Both the position numbers and the translations under genes were made by a program. Positions 20,806 to 28,945 of a stretch of 64,000 nt of DNA are shown piece after piece. This DNA comes from Candidatus Woesearchaeota archaeon (GTDB lineage Archaea; Nanobdellota; Nanobdellia; Woesearchaeales; UBA11576). The stretch lies in NCBI GenBank assembly GCA_016929255.1, contig JAFGJH010000029.1, positions 375-64,374 on the forward strand, written 5' to 3'. Below the pieces are notes generated by a model, which saw only the letters and a list, made by a program, of their open reading frames with translations, was not told the origin of the DNA and searched no databases. Every line of letters starts with the position of its first letter. Position 1 is the first letter of the stretch.

Positions 20806-21411
20806 ATGAAACAAACAGAAAACAGTGAACTCGACCAGTGCCTTCAAGAGATACTCGAGATGAACAGAAAAGGCAATGCCACGCCACAAGACGAAGTTGA
20901 AGTGGAAATAGATGTGACCGACCTTGAATTCGTCGTCAAGAGAACCGCAAGCGCGCCCTTAAGGGCGAAAGCAGCCCCTGCTGAGGATTCTAACCCGTTC
21001 TCAACAACCAATGATGGGTATATAGAGCTGAGATTAAAATATGACGGAGGCGGAAGGAAGATACCCCACCTCACTGCATTCGTTGACTGGGAAAGCGGCA
21101 AAGGATACATGATGGGCGCAACGCCAGACCAGCTCGGCATGTATCTGGAGCAGCTTGCGAAATCAGGCCAGAAAATAGAAAGGGAGATCGGCGAAGCTAT
21201 CCTGCACCCCGAATACATGCAACAGGTAAAGATGGAGTACGGCGAACAGGGCGCAGAATACGTGACTGCGACAGTCAGGAAGCTGATGCAGGAACCTGCA
21301 AAAGTGGTCCCGATAACCTCAAAAAAGAGCAAGACTGCAGACGGGCCAAGAGTCCCGGATGCAGCATTCCAGTTATACACCCACACAAAACACGGAGAGA
21401 TGTCAAAATGA
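20806..21411 (+). CDS. hypothetical protein
   Basis: GGAGG Shine-Dalgarno (accggaggagatgtcaaATG). Its stop overlaps the start of the next gene (ATGA), implying an operon. Confidence 0.55.
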   Translation: MKQTENSELDQCLQEILEMNRKGNATPQDEVEVEIDVTDLEFVVKRTASAPLRAKAAPAEDSNPFSTTNDGYIELRLKYDGGGRKIPHLTAFVDWESGKGYMMGATPDQLGMYLEQLAKSGQKIEREIGEAILHPEYMQQVKMEYGEQGAEYVTATVRKLMQEPAKVVPITSKKSKTADGPRVPDAAFQLYTHTKHGEMSK

Positions 21412-21875
21412 AGCAGAACACAAACACCAAAGCAGGAATGTACCATCCCAAGAAGATCCTGATGGTCATGAGCGCAGAAGACAGCGAGACAGTCAATATG
21501 CTTGGTCTCGAACTTGTGCTTCAGGGCGCAGATACAGTCCATTCAGAGTCAGATGACCTGACTGCGGCAGTCCTACTGCAGCATAATCAATACGATGTAG
21601 TGATCACAGGAGTGGAGTTTCCGTATGTGGCAGAATACATCAAGAGCCGCAATGACAGCAACAGACCACTCACGGTCGCAGTCAGCACTAACGGCGTCAA
21701 AGCAGATGTCAAAGTGCCTGATGCAAAAGACCTTATTGGGTATGTGAGCCAAAGCCTCCTTGCAGAGCATTACTGCGACCACAGGACAGCGCAGGTACGC
21801 AGGGAAGAGTCAGAGTCTCCTCAGATGGCATATGCCAACCTTGAGATAGCGCTCATGAACGCCCAAGCAGTGTAG
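21408..21875 (+). CDS. hypothetical protein with degenerate CheY-like receiver-fold pattern
   Basis: KILMVMSAEDSE ... YDVVITGVEFPYV resembles a receiver domain that lacks the acidic pocket; translationally coupled to the upstream gene. Confidence 0.4.
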   Translation: MKQNTNTKAGMYHPKKILMVMSAEDSETVNMLGLELVLQGADTVHSESDDLTAAVLLQHNQYDVVITGVEFPYVAEYIKSRNDSNRPLTVAVSTNGVKADVKVPDAKDLIGYVSQSLLAEHYCDHRTAQVRREESESPQMAYANLEIALMNAQAV

Positions 21876-21909
21876 GCCAAGAAATATTTTCTTTTTTTAT
21901 ACCTGTTTC

Positions 21910-23121
21910 TTATATCTTTATAGTATATACAGGATCCAGCACAGCTGCAATTTCGCACATTCCAATGTCAAGGCAGCGCTGCATCACCTCCCTGCCACGA
22001 TACGTGAACTCCATCTCCCTCATGTTGGACAGTATCTTCTTCCCGACGCTGTTTGCCATCTCTATCTTGAAGTAACGCTTGTCCTTCATCTCAAACACCT
22101 TCTCGACGCTCAAGGCGTCAGGGAACGCGTAGCCGCCGCCATGCGGCAGGACATCTGCCCTGTTCAGCCTGTTGTAGACGCCGAGCTCATCAGCGCGCGA
22201 AGTGAATCCGAGAAGGTCCATCTGGTGCGGCGTGAAGTTATGAACCCCTCTCACAAGATATGAAGGCAGGTCAGCACGGATAGATACGGGAAGCAGCTGG
22301 TCCTTAGAATGAAACATCTGACAGCCAAGGGTTATCTCATTCATGTTCAGCAAACCCTGGTGGGTATGGTTGATCAGTATCTTGCCACCGTAGAATATTT
22401 CCCTGAACGCCAGCTCACGCCTCTTCTTGGCAAAATCCTCTGCAAACATATGGAAATCATGGTAGTCGACAGCGTCGTGACCCCTCAGGATGTACATGGG
22501 ACCGAACGGAGTCTTGACAATCTTGCACATCTCCTTGAGCTGGTTGCTTTCATGCCAGTAGAGGCCCATACCCTTCTCAGTCTCGCCCTTCAGTTCGGGG
22601 CAGCCGGCATGCATTATCACCGCATACTTGGGAAGCTTCAGCTTAGGCTCCTTGGTATCCACCCTGAACACGTCGATGAAATGATTGCCCTTGTAAAAAT
22701 CCCACTTCACACGGACGTCATTTATGTAGCTAGCCTTCTGCTCAAGGTCGAACACCCTCCCCAGGATCGACCTGGGCTTGGGAAGGTCATGCAGCCCGCC
22801 GACAAGCATTCCGCAGCAGTTGGGCATGACATCAAGTATCGTGAACTTCTCACGGCCATTACCCCATGACAATCTGCCTCCGTAAGATATCCCCTGCTCC
22901 CACCTCTGAGCATTCCGGCTTACAGTCTCATCCGGAGTGGTGATGAACGTAGCGTCTGGCGCAAATCCATACTTGTCCTGCACATAATGCATCTTTGCAA
23001 GACCATACTTCATGTTCGCATTGCAGAGATGGGAAGTGCCGTCATTCAGGCCCGTTGAGAAAATGTGCTTCTCAGCCCTGTTCAGAAGACCCTGCTTTGT
23101 GAGTGGGAGCATCTTTTTCAT
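21910..23121 (-). CDS. divergent RtcB-family (3'-phosphate RNA ligase-like) protein
   Basis: DVMPNCCGMLVGG (compare D..NCG.R), YKGNHFIDVF (compare GGNHFIE), LPHGGGYAF (compare HGAGR). AGGAGG Shine-Dalgarno 7 nt upstream of the ATG at 23121 (MKKMLPL), so the ORF-track start at 23241 is probably too long. Confidence 0.45.
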   Translation of the reverse strand: MKKMLPLTKQGLLNRAEKHIFSTGLNDGTSHLCNANMKYGLAKMHYVQDKYGFAPDATFITTPDETVSRNAQRWEQGISYGGRLSWGNGREKFTILDVMPNCCGMLVGGLHDLPKPRSILGRVFDLEQKASYINDVRVKWDFYKGNHFIDVFRVDTKEPKLKLPKYAVIMHAGCPELKGETEKGMGLYWHESNQLKEMCKIVKTPFGPMYILRGHDAVDYHDFHMFAEDFAKKRRELAFREIFYGGKILINHTHQGLLNMNEITLGCQMFHSKDQLLPVSIRADLPSYLVRGVHNFTPHQMDLLGFTSRADELGVYNRLNRADVLPHGGGYAFPDALSVEKVFEMKDKRYFKIEMANSVGKKILSNMREMEFTYRGREVMQRCLDIGMCEIAAVLDPVYTIKI

Positions 23122-23343
23122 GTTCATTCCTCCTTGATTCTCGCGACACTCATACCTGCATGGTAAAGCTTGCATATAACCGAAACAGACTCTGTGGCCG
23201 GGCCTATTGTGCAGACAATCTTTGTCTTGAACATGATTCACCTCTTTATACTGCTGAATAAGGAGCTTTTGTTTAAAAAGGTTTCGAGAGATTGGCGAGC
23301 CAATTCAGAAAATTATAAATAATCAGCATGCCAAGATAAGTGC

Positions 23344-23652
23344 ATGGTAGAAGTCCATCCTATCGCGAAGATGCTCGCAGAAAAAGGCATCGAAAGCGTA
23401 GACCTCTCCATGTTTTCTGAAGAGCAGAGGAAGATGATATACTCGCAGGCAGCAGACATACTCATGAGGCTCAACAAGCACGAGTCAGCATTCATAGCGA
23501 TGGAACTCGCAGGCAGGCCGCTACCTGTAGAGCAGCTCAAGAGGATAGCGGAGAACAAGATACTCCTGGGCCAGCACCGCGAGGCATACGATCTTCTCCT
23601 GAAGACAGGGCATAAAGAGCTTGCTGAATTCGTGAAAGCAAACTTCCTATGA
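23344..23652 (+). CDS. hypothetical small protein
   Basis: 102-aa ORF with helical-protein-like composition; no family recognised. Confidence 0.35.
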   Translation: MVEVHPIAKMLAEKGIESVDLSMFSEEQRKMIYSQAADILMRLNKHESAFIAMELAGRPLPVEQLKRIAENKILLGQHREAYDLLLKTGHKELAEFVKANFL

Positions 23653-23688
23653 GCAAAGTTTATTAATGCTTGGACCATATTTCTATCG

Positions 23689-24147
23689 ATGATCAGGCTG
23701 ATATTTGTCGGGCGCACAAAGGAAGACTGGCTCAAGGAGCAGGTCCAAGAGTATGTCAAGAGGATAGGCAAGTTCTCAAGGATACAGGCGGATGAGCTAA
23801 AGGATGAGAAGGTCCTCGGCAAGGACTACGACAAGATAAAGAAGAATGAAGGGGAGAGGATACTGAACCTCATAACAGACGACTATGTCGTCGCGCTCGA
23901 CTCGAACGGGAAATCCCTTGAGTCAAATGAGTTCGCGAAGTCACTGGGCGAGGCAGTGAAGGAGAACAAGAGGATAACCTTCGTGGTTGGCGGTGCCTTG
24001 GGACTGTCAAACGAAGTGCTCAAAAGGGCTGACTTCAAGCTTTCCCTCTCAAAGATGACCCTGACCAACCAGATGGTCAGGCTAATGCTCGTGGAGCAGA
24101 TATACAGGGCATTCACGATAATGGCAGGAATGGAATACCACAAGTGA
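23689..24147 (+). CDS. rlmH: 23S rRNA (pseudouridine-N3)-methyltransferase RlmH (SPOUT, YbeA family)
   Basis: RITFVVGGALGLSNEVLKRADFKLSLSKMTLTNQMVRLMLVEQIYRAFTIMAGMEYHK matches the RlmH C-terminal signature; N-terminal MIRLIFVGRTKE. Confidence 0.8.
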   Translation: MIRLIFVGRTKEDWLKEQVQEYVKRIGKFSRIQADELKDEKVLGKDYDKIKKNEGERILNLITDDYVVALDSNGKSLESNEFAKSLGEAVKENKRITFVVGGALGLSNEVLKRADFKLSLSKMTLTNQMVRLMLVEQIYRAFTIMAGMEYHK

Positions 24148-24185
24148 GAAAAGTTTATTAAGAGACATAGGTTCTTTTTCTCATC

Positions 24186-24815
24186 ATGAAGATGCTTTTC
24201 ATAGAAGCAAAGTCATCTTTAGGCAAGGCAGAGTTCGACGCGTCAGGCCTGCCGAAACGGGTGGGGATAGTCACGACCATCCAGCACCTGGCTGAGATGA
24301 AGAAGGTCGTCGATTACCTGTGGAAGAAGGAGATAAAGGCTGTCGTGGCAGGACAGGTGCTGGGCTGTGATGCCAGCGCTGCCTTGAGGCACAAAGGGGA
24401 TGTGGACGCATTCCTCTATGTCGGAACAGGCGAGTTCCACCCGATCGGCGTGGCCCTGCAGACCGGCAAGCCTGTGTTCATCCTGCATCCGGAGACAATG
24501 CAGATACGCAAGCTTGATGACAGAGAGATAGAGAGGATACGCAAGAAAAAGAAAGGCATGCTTGCGAAGTTCCACAGCTCGGCAAACATCGGAGTGCTCA
24601 TGACTACAAAGGCAGGGCAGGGCACTGTCCAGGGCGGGCTCAAGAAGGTGCAGGAGCTCGATAAGAAGCACCCCTGCAAGAGATTCTATTATTTCATCTG
24701 CGACACGCTCAACTTCTCCGAGCTTGAGAACTTCCCGTTCATCGAGTGCTGGCTCAACACCATGTGCCCCAGAGTGATGGAGGATATCAGTGTCCTGAAT
24801 GTGGAGGACCTGTAA
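24186..24815 (+). CDS. dph2: Dph2-like diphthamide synthesis radical-SAM protein, N-terminally short (domains 2-3 only)
   Basis: RVGIVTTIQHL...AGQVLGCDASAA...VGTGEFHPIGVAL (Dph2 domain 2 with the conserved Cys) and FYYFICDTLNFSELENFPFIECWLNTMCPRV (domain 3, CPR motif). Only 209 aa against about 340 for archaeal Dph2; domain 1 with its Cys ligand is missing. Confidence 0.6.
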   Translation: MKMLFIEAKSSLGKAEFDASGLPKRVGIVTTIQHLAEMKKVVDYLWKKEIKAVVAGQVLGCDASAALRHKGDVDAFLYVGTGEFHPIGVALQTGKPVFILHPETMQIRKLDDREIERIRKKKKGMLAKFHSSANIGVLMTTKAGQGTVQGGLKKVQELDKKHPCKRFYYFICDTLNFSELENFPFIECWLNTMCPRVMEDISVLNVEDL

Positions 24816-24827
24816 GGGTGAACAAGG

Positions 24828-25604
24828 ATGTTCCTAAAATACCTCGACCTGCATAACAAGATACTTCGCGATGCAGCAGACCCTGACAAGGTCGCTGAAG
24901 AGCTGGTCCAAAACGGGTATTATGTCGTCGGAGTAAACTCACACAATGACGGCGCAGAAATCAAGAACAAAGAGCACTACTACAAATTCTTCGAGACCCA
25001 TTTCGAGATATTCGAGAAGAAAGGACTTCTCATACTCCCCGCAGTAGAGATAAAGATGAGGGATGACAATTATGAAACACTGCCCGGGCTGATAGATGAG
25101 TTCTCCAGAAAATACGTACCTGTAGGGCACAAAGGAGAGACCCACCACGTGCCTTTCCTGGTGTTCGTGCACGGAGGCGCAGCAGAGGCCAATACCATGA
25201 CCTGCAAAGACACGAAAGCAGACCTTCTGTGCCATCCTGAAAAAGAAGGGGGCGTTCTGACGCTCGAGAACGCACGCGATGCCGCAAAGAATGACGTAGG
25301 AATAGAAGTGAACTACAGGGAATACAAGTTCAGCGAAGAGAAAGAGGAGCACAGATCAAGAGTGATGGACACCCTGTCAAAAGTCAAGAAAGCTGGGGGA
25401 AAGCTATTCCTTTTCTCAGCCACCATAAAAGAAGGGGAGCTGGTGCACATAAAAGAACTGGTGGAATACGGCAAGGCACTTCACGAAGACCTCGTGCATG
25501 AAAGCATACAGAACGTGCACTCACTGCTCATGGCAAAGTATGGCAAACTTCTTGAGAAGACGCACTACAGCATTGATGCGATGAAAGAAAGTCACGGAGT
25601 CTGA
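24828..25604 (+). CDS. PHP-like TIM-barrel protein, possible RNase P protein subunit Rpp30/Rnp3
   Basis: N-terminal YLDLH. C-terminal KLFLFSATIKEGELVHIKELVEYG resembles the Rpp30 (F/I)(L/I)xSSxA region. Size and neighbourhood (translation/RNA-modification genes) fit. Confidence 0.3.
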   Translation: MFLKYLDLHNKILRDAADPDKVAEELVQNGYYVVGVNSHNDGAEIKNKEHYYKFFETHFEIFEKKGLLILPAVEIKMRDDNYETLPGLIDEFSRKYVPVGHKGETHHVPFLVFVHGGAAEANTMTCKDTKADLLCHPEKEGGVLTLENARDAAKNDVGIEVNYREYKFSEEKEEHRSRVMDTLSKVKKAGGKLFLFSATIKEGELVHIKELVEYGKALHEDLVHESIQNVHSLLMAKYGKLLEKTHYSIDAMKESHGV

Positions 25605-25607
25605 GCA

Positions 25608-26495
25608 TTACAGGTGCAGTGCCTTTAGCTCTCTGCGGACATACTCTATATTTTTCCTTACAATCCCTTCCTGGTGATCCCTTGTCTGCTCATGCAGGCC
25701 TTTAGTATGACCCTCTATAGATATTATACCTTTGTAACCCTTACCTATGAGATGACTAAAAACATTATCCAGATACGCGTGCGGGATGTCAGTCATGTGG
25801 AACGGAACGTGCACCTTGTCTTTTGAATGCCCGCTCACATGGACGTGGATGATATCCTCTTCCATCCAGTCCAAGAACTCCAGCGGCTTGTCTTCACCGT
25901 TCGTGAATGCATGTATGAGATCAAAAGTGATGCCGAGGTTCTCCGAGCCTATCTTGTGCAGTATCTTCTGGACATGTTCCGGCTCAATGATGAACTCTTT
26001 CGGCCGTTTCTCCATCGGTTCAAGGCCTATAAACACCCCCAATTCTTCACCGCGTTTAGTGAGCTGCCTGAACGCATCGATCTGCAGTCGCCAATACTCG
26101 TCATCAGCTGTCTCATCCTCCTTGTCAGTATGACCTGGGTGGACAGTTATGATATTTAAGCCCAATTCGTTAGCCAGTTCCACTGCCTTGAGGACCATCT
26201 TCAGCGACTTTTCCCTGAACATCTTGTCTTTTGAACTGATATTGTACTTCCTGGCAGGGTCATTGAGGTCCCTTAGAGGGCAATGGATGACTCCAACCAT
26301 ATCATTCTCTTTCAGGGCAGCTTTGACTTTTTCGACAGAAGTCAATCCCTTCCCGACCTGTTGGTCAAGGAACTCAGGCCACAGCTCTATCGCCTCGTAA
26401 CCCGCGCGGGCCATGATTGCTACAGCTTCGTGAATAGGGTAAAGAGAAAGCAGCTTGTTGCTGGTCGCAATCCTGTTCTTCAGCTTTACCGGCAT
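25608..26495 (-). CDS. sugar phosphate isomerase/epimerase (xylose isomerase-like TIM barrel)
   Basis: AIMARAGYEAIELW, ELGLNIITVHPGH, GITFDLIHA, IIHVHVSGH, GIISIEGH are typical of this fold. Leaderless start MPVKLKNRI at 26495, directly behind a TATA box. Confidence 0.7.
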   Translation of the reverse strand: MPVKLKNRIATSNKLLSLYPIHEAVAIMARAGYEAIELWPEFLDQQVGKGLTSVEKVKAALKENDMVGVIHCPLRDLNDPARKYNISSKDKMFREKSLKMVLKAVELANELGLNIITVHPGHTDKEDETADDEYWRLQIDAFRQLTKRGEELGVFIGLEPMEKRPKEFIIEPEHVQKILHKIGSENLGITFDLIHAFTNGEDKPLEFLDWMEEDIIHVHVSGHSKDKVHVPFHMTDIPHAYLDNVFSHLIGKGYKGIISIEGHTKGLHEQTRDHQEGIVRKNIEYVRRELKALHL

Positions 26496-26510
26496 CGTAT
26501 GGTGAAAAGA

Positions 26511-26532
26511 TTTAAATACATATTTAAATATT
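26511..26532. promoter_or_regulatory. bidirectional promoter with two TATA-like boxes between divergent genes
   Basis: tttaaatacatatttaaatatt lies between the minus-strand start at 26495 and the plus-strand start at 26550 (GGGGTG Shine-Dalgarno). Confidence 0.4.
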
Positions 26533-26549
26533 GTTGTTATAAGGGGTGA

Positions 26550-27656
26550 ATGATGAGACTTATCTCGCATAAGATATTCTTGAAGCATGACATGCATGCG
26601 CATCCTGAAAGGGCTGAGAGGATCAGGAAAGCCATGAAACTCTTTCCATATGAGAAAGCGAAAGACGGCGAGCAATACCTGACCAAGGTGCACACGCAGA
26701 GGTACATACAGAAGGTCAAAGAGAATTCCGCGCTTGCAGAAGGCCATGTAAGATACATGGATGCAGGCGAGACATACGTATGCAAAGATACGTACAAAGC
26801 AGCATGCTATGCTGCCGGCGCGGCAGTGCAGGCAGCAGAATACGCCATCAATAAACAGCAGGCATTCGCGCTGGTCAGGCCGCCAGGACACCACGCGCAC
26901 CCTGACTGGACAAACGGATTCTGCATATTCAACAACATGGCTGTCGCGGCAGTGCATCTCGCAGAGAAGAAAGAGCGGGTGCTTATCATCGACATTGACC
27001 TGCACAGGGGGGACGGGACAGCAGACTGCGTGAACCTGCACAACCCAAAGCTCGGCGACAGGCTGTTCTACTTCTCGATAAACCAGTACGGAGTGTTTCC
27101 AGGCATGGCGATAGACGAAGGCAGCATAAAGAACGTCTATGTGGAAGCAGGGCTGAAAGAGGAGGAGTACATCACGATACTGAAGCGAGAGCTGCCGCCG
27201 CTGATCCGCAGGTTCAAGCCCACAGTGATAGGCATATCCGCAGGGTTCGACTCTTTCGCGACAGACAAGGAGACATACTCCTCACAACTCGGCTGCGGCC
27301 TCCCTTTGACAAGGAAGGGGATAACAGAACTGAAAGGTATCATCAAAGGGCTGCCTTATTTCGCGGTGCTCGAGGGAGGATACAACCCTGAAAGCGTGGT
27401 CGAGGGAGTTGCCGCTTTCCTGGGAGTCGCGGTGAAAGAGGAGAAGAAGCCCGCCGAGAAAAAGATGCCTGCAAAAAGACCTGAAGCCAGAAAATCACCA
27501 AAAAAAACAATAAAAAATAAGCCTGCTGCAAAAAAGATACGCAAGTCAGTTTTGGCGACCAAGGCAAAGGGGAAAGCTGCTAGAGCAAAGAAGGCAACCA
27601 GGGTTAAGAAGCCAGCAAGACCAAAGAAAGCAGTGAAGAAATCCAAGAAAAGATAG
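26550..27656 (+). CDS. histone deacetylase/acetoin-utilisation (AcuC/HDAC) superfamily enzyme fused to a histone-H1-like lysine-rich C-terminal tail
   Basis: RPPGHHA, GFCIFNN, IIDIDLHRGDG, SAGFD, LEGGY are HDAC signatures. The tail is KEEKKPAEKKMPAKRPEARKSPKKTIKNKPAAKKIRKSVLATKAKGKAARAKKATRVKKPARPKKAVKKSKKR. Confidence 0.8.
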   Translation: MMRLISHKIFLKHDMHAHPERAERIRKAMKLFPYEKAKDGEQYLTKVHTQRYIQKVKENSALAEGHVRYMDAGETYVCKDTYKAACYAAGAAVQAAEYAINKQQAFALVRPPGHHAHPDWTNGFCIFNNMAVAAVHLAEKKERVLIIDIDLHRGDGTADCVNLHNPKLGDRLFYFSINQYGVFPGMAIDEGSIKNVYVEAGLKEEEYITILKRELPPLIRRFKPTVIGISAGFDSFATDKETYSSQLGCGLPLTRKGITELKGIIKGLPYFAVLEGGYNPESVVEGVAAFLGVAVKEEKKPAEKKMPAKRPEARKSPKKTIKNKPAAKKIRKSVLATKAKGKAARAKKATRVKKPARPKKAVKKSKKR

Positions 27657-28223
27657 CTACCACTTCATGATCTCCTCATTCATCTTCTCTATCCTATCCC
27701 AGTTCCTCTTCATTTTGACATTAGACCTCTGTATGAGAAGTCTGAGATAGTCATCATCAACAAGGAGCCTCCCTTCCCGGGATATTATGGTATCTATATG
27801 CTCGGTTCCTATAATCTCAACCACCTTCCTGCTGCCGAGAGATATTATGCCTGACCGCTTGATGCCCAGGTCCTGGGCTAACCTGAGGAGACGGCAGGCA
27901 TCATCCACTGTCCTGCAGGCGACATGGAGTATGAAAGGCTCGAACCTGAACCACACCTCCTCTTCAGGGAGAGTGCTGAGCTCATTCTTCATGTTGTAGA
28001 ATCCAGCCTCATCATGCGAGACAAAAAGCCATTCTGCCTCATCCTTCCTGCCGCCCGGAGGCACCTTTATCAGCACGATGCGGCCAGAGCAGGAAGAGGT
28101 TGTGTAATAGTCCTGATTGGAGTTTATCAGGTCACAGAGGCATTTTATGTGGCTGTCTATGCTGCCCTTCACAGACTTGTCTTCCTTTTCAAGAAATGTG
28201 CGTTTCTCAGCCTCAAACACCAT
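27657..28223 (-). CDS. taw3: tRNA wybutosine/wyosine-derivative synthesis methyltransferase TYW3/Taw3
   Basis: NSNQDYYTTSSCSGRIVL carries the TYW3 SSCSGRI signature; about 190 aa. Confidence 0.8.
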   Translation of the reverse strand: MVFEAEKRTFLEKEDKSVKGSIDSHIKCLCDLINSNQDYYTTSSCSGRIVLIKVPPGGRKDEAEWLFVSHDEAGFYNMKNELSTLPEEEVWFRFEPFILHVACRTVDDACRLLRLAQDLGIKRSGIISLGSRKVVEIIGTEHIDTIISREGRLLVDDDYLRLLIQRSNVKMKRNWDRIEKMNEEIMKW

Positions 28224-28390
28224 CCAGAAAATAATGCAGCAGAAGTTTATATGTTTTTATGTTTTATCCGAAAAAGACCAACAGATTTACAATATTTAAA
28301 TTTTTCGTTTCGTAGTCACTGAATGGTGGTTATAAATTCGATATGTTTAAATAAAAGATGATGCCTCCTGAGAGCATATAAGGGGGAACC

Positions 28391-28930
28391 ATGGCATTTT
28401 TTTTCAGCGACAATCCTATAGCATTGTTCTTGGCACTGGTGCTGATAGTCATAGTCCTCAAAGCAGCCCTGTCCAAGCATAAGTGGTTCCAGGGAGGAAA
28501 AACAGCCTACGTGACACTCATAGTGATCATCGCCATCATATTCCTAATAGCATACTCTCCCCTGCTTAAGGTCGTGAGCATAGGAGTGCCTTACTTCATC
28601 ATGGTCGTGATGTTCCTTGTCGCATTGGCAGGCATATACCTTGTCATGGGCGCGCATAAAGAAAAAATATGGCCTATGATGAAAGACGTCGGCCTGCTCA
28701 AGGTCTCTGTGCAGATATTCATCATCTGCTGCATAGCATTCGCAGCAAGCCAGGTCTACGGAGAGAAGCTGCTCAAGGAGCCGAAAGTCTCTTTCGCAGA
28801 CCCGATGATACCTGACAAAGAGCCTGCCCAGATAGACTTTGCCCCCCTGTTCACAAAGCAGGCGCTCGGCATGACATTACTGATCATAGTGCTTGCGCTG
28901 GCATTCTTCTTCGTGAACATGGCAAGATAG
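28391..28930 (+). CDS. integral membrane protein (4-5 TM helices)
   Basis: Hydrophobic helices throughout (IALFLALVLIVIVL, VTLIVIIAIIFLIAYS, IMVVMFLVALAGIYLV, IFIICCIAFAAS, MTLLIIVLALAFFFV). Confidence 0.5.
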   Translation: MAFFFSDNPIALFLALVLIVIVLKAALSKHKWFQGGKTAYVTLIVIIAIIFLIAYSPLLKVVSIGVPYFIMVVMFLVALAGIYLVMGAHKEKIWPMMKDVGLLKVSVQIFIICCIAFAASQVYGEKLLKEPKVSFADPMIPDKEPAQIDFAPLFTKQALGMTLLIIVLALAFFFVNMAR

Positions 28931-28945
28931 CAAGACAGAAAATAA

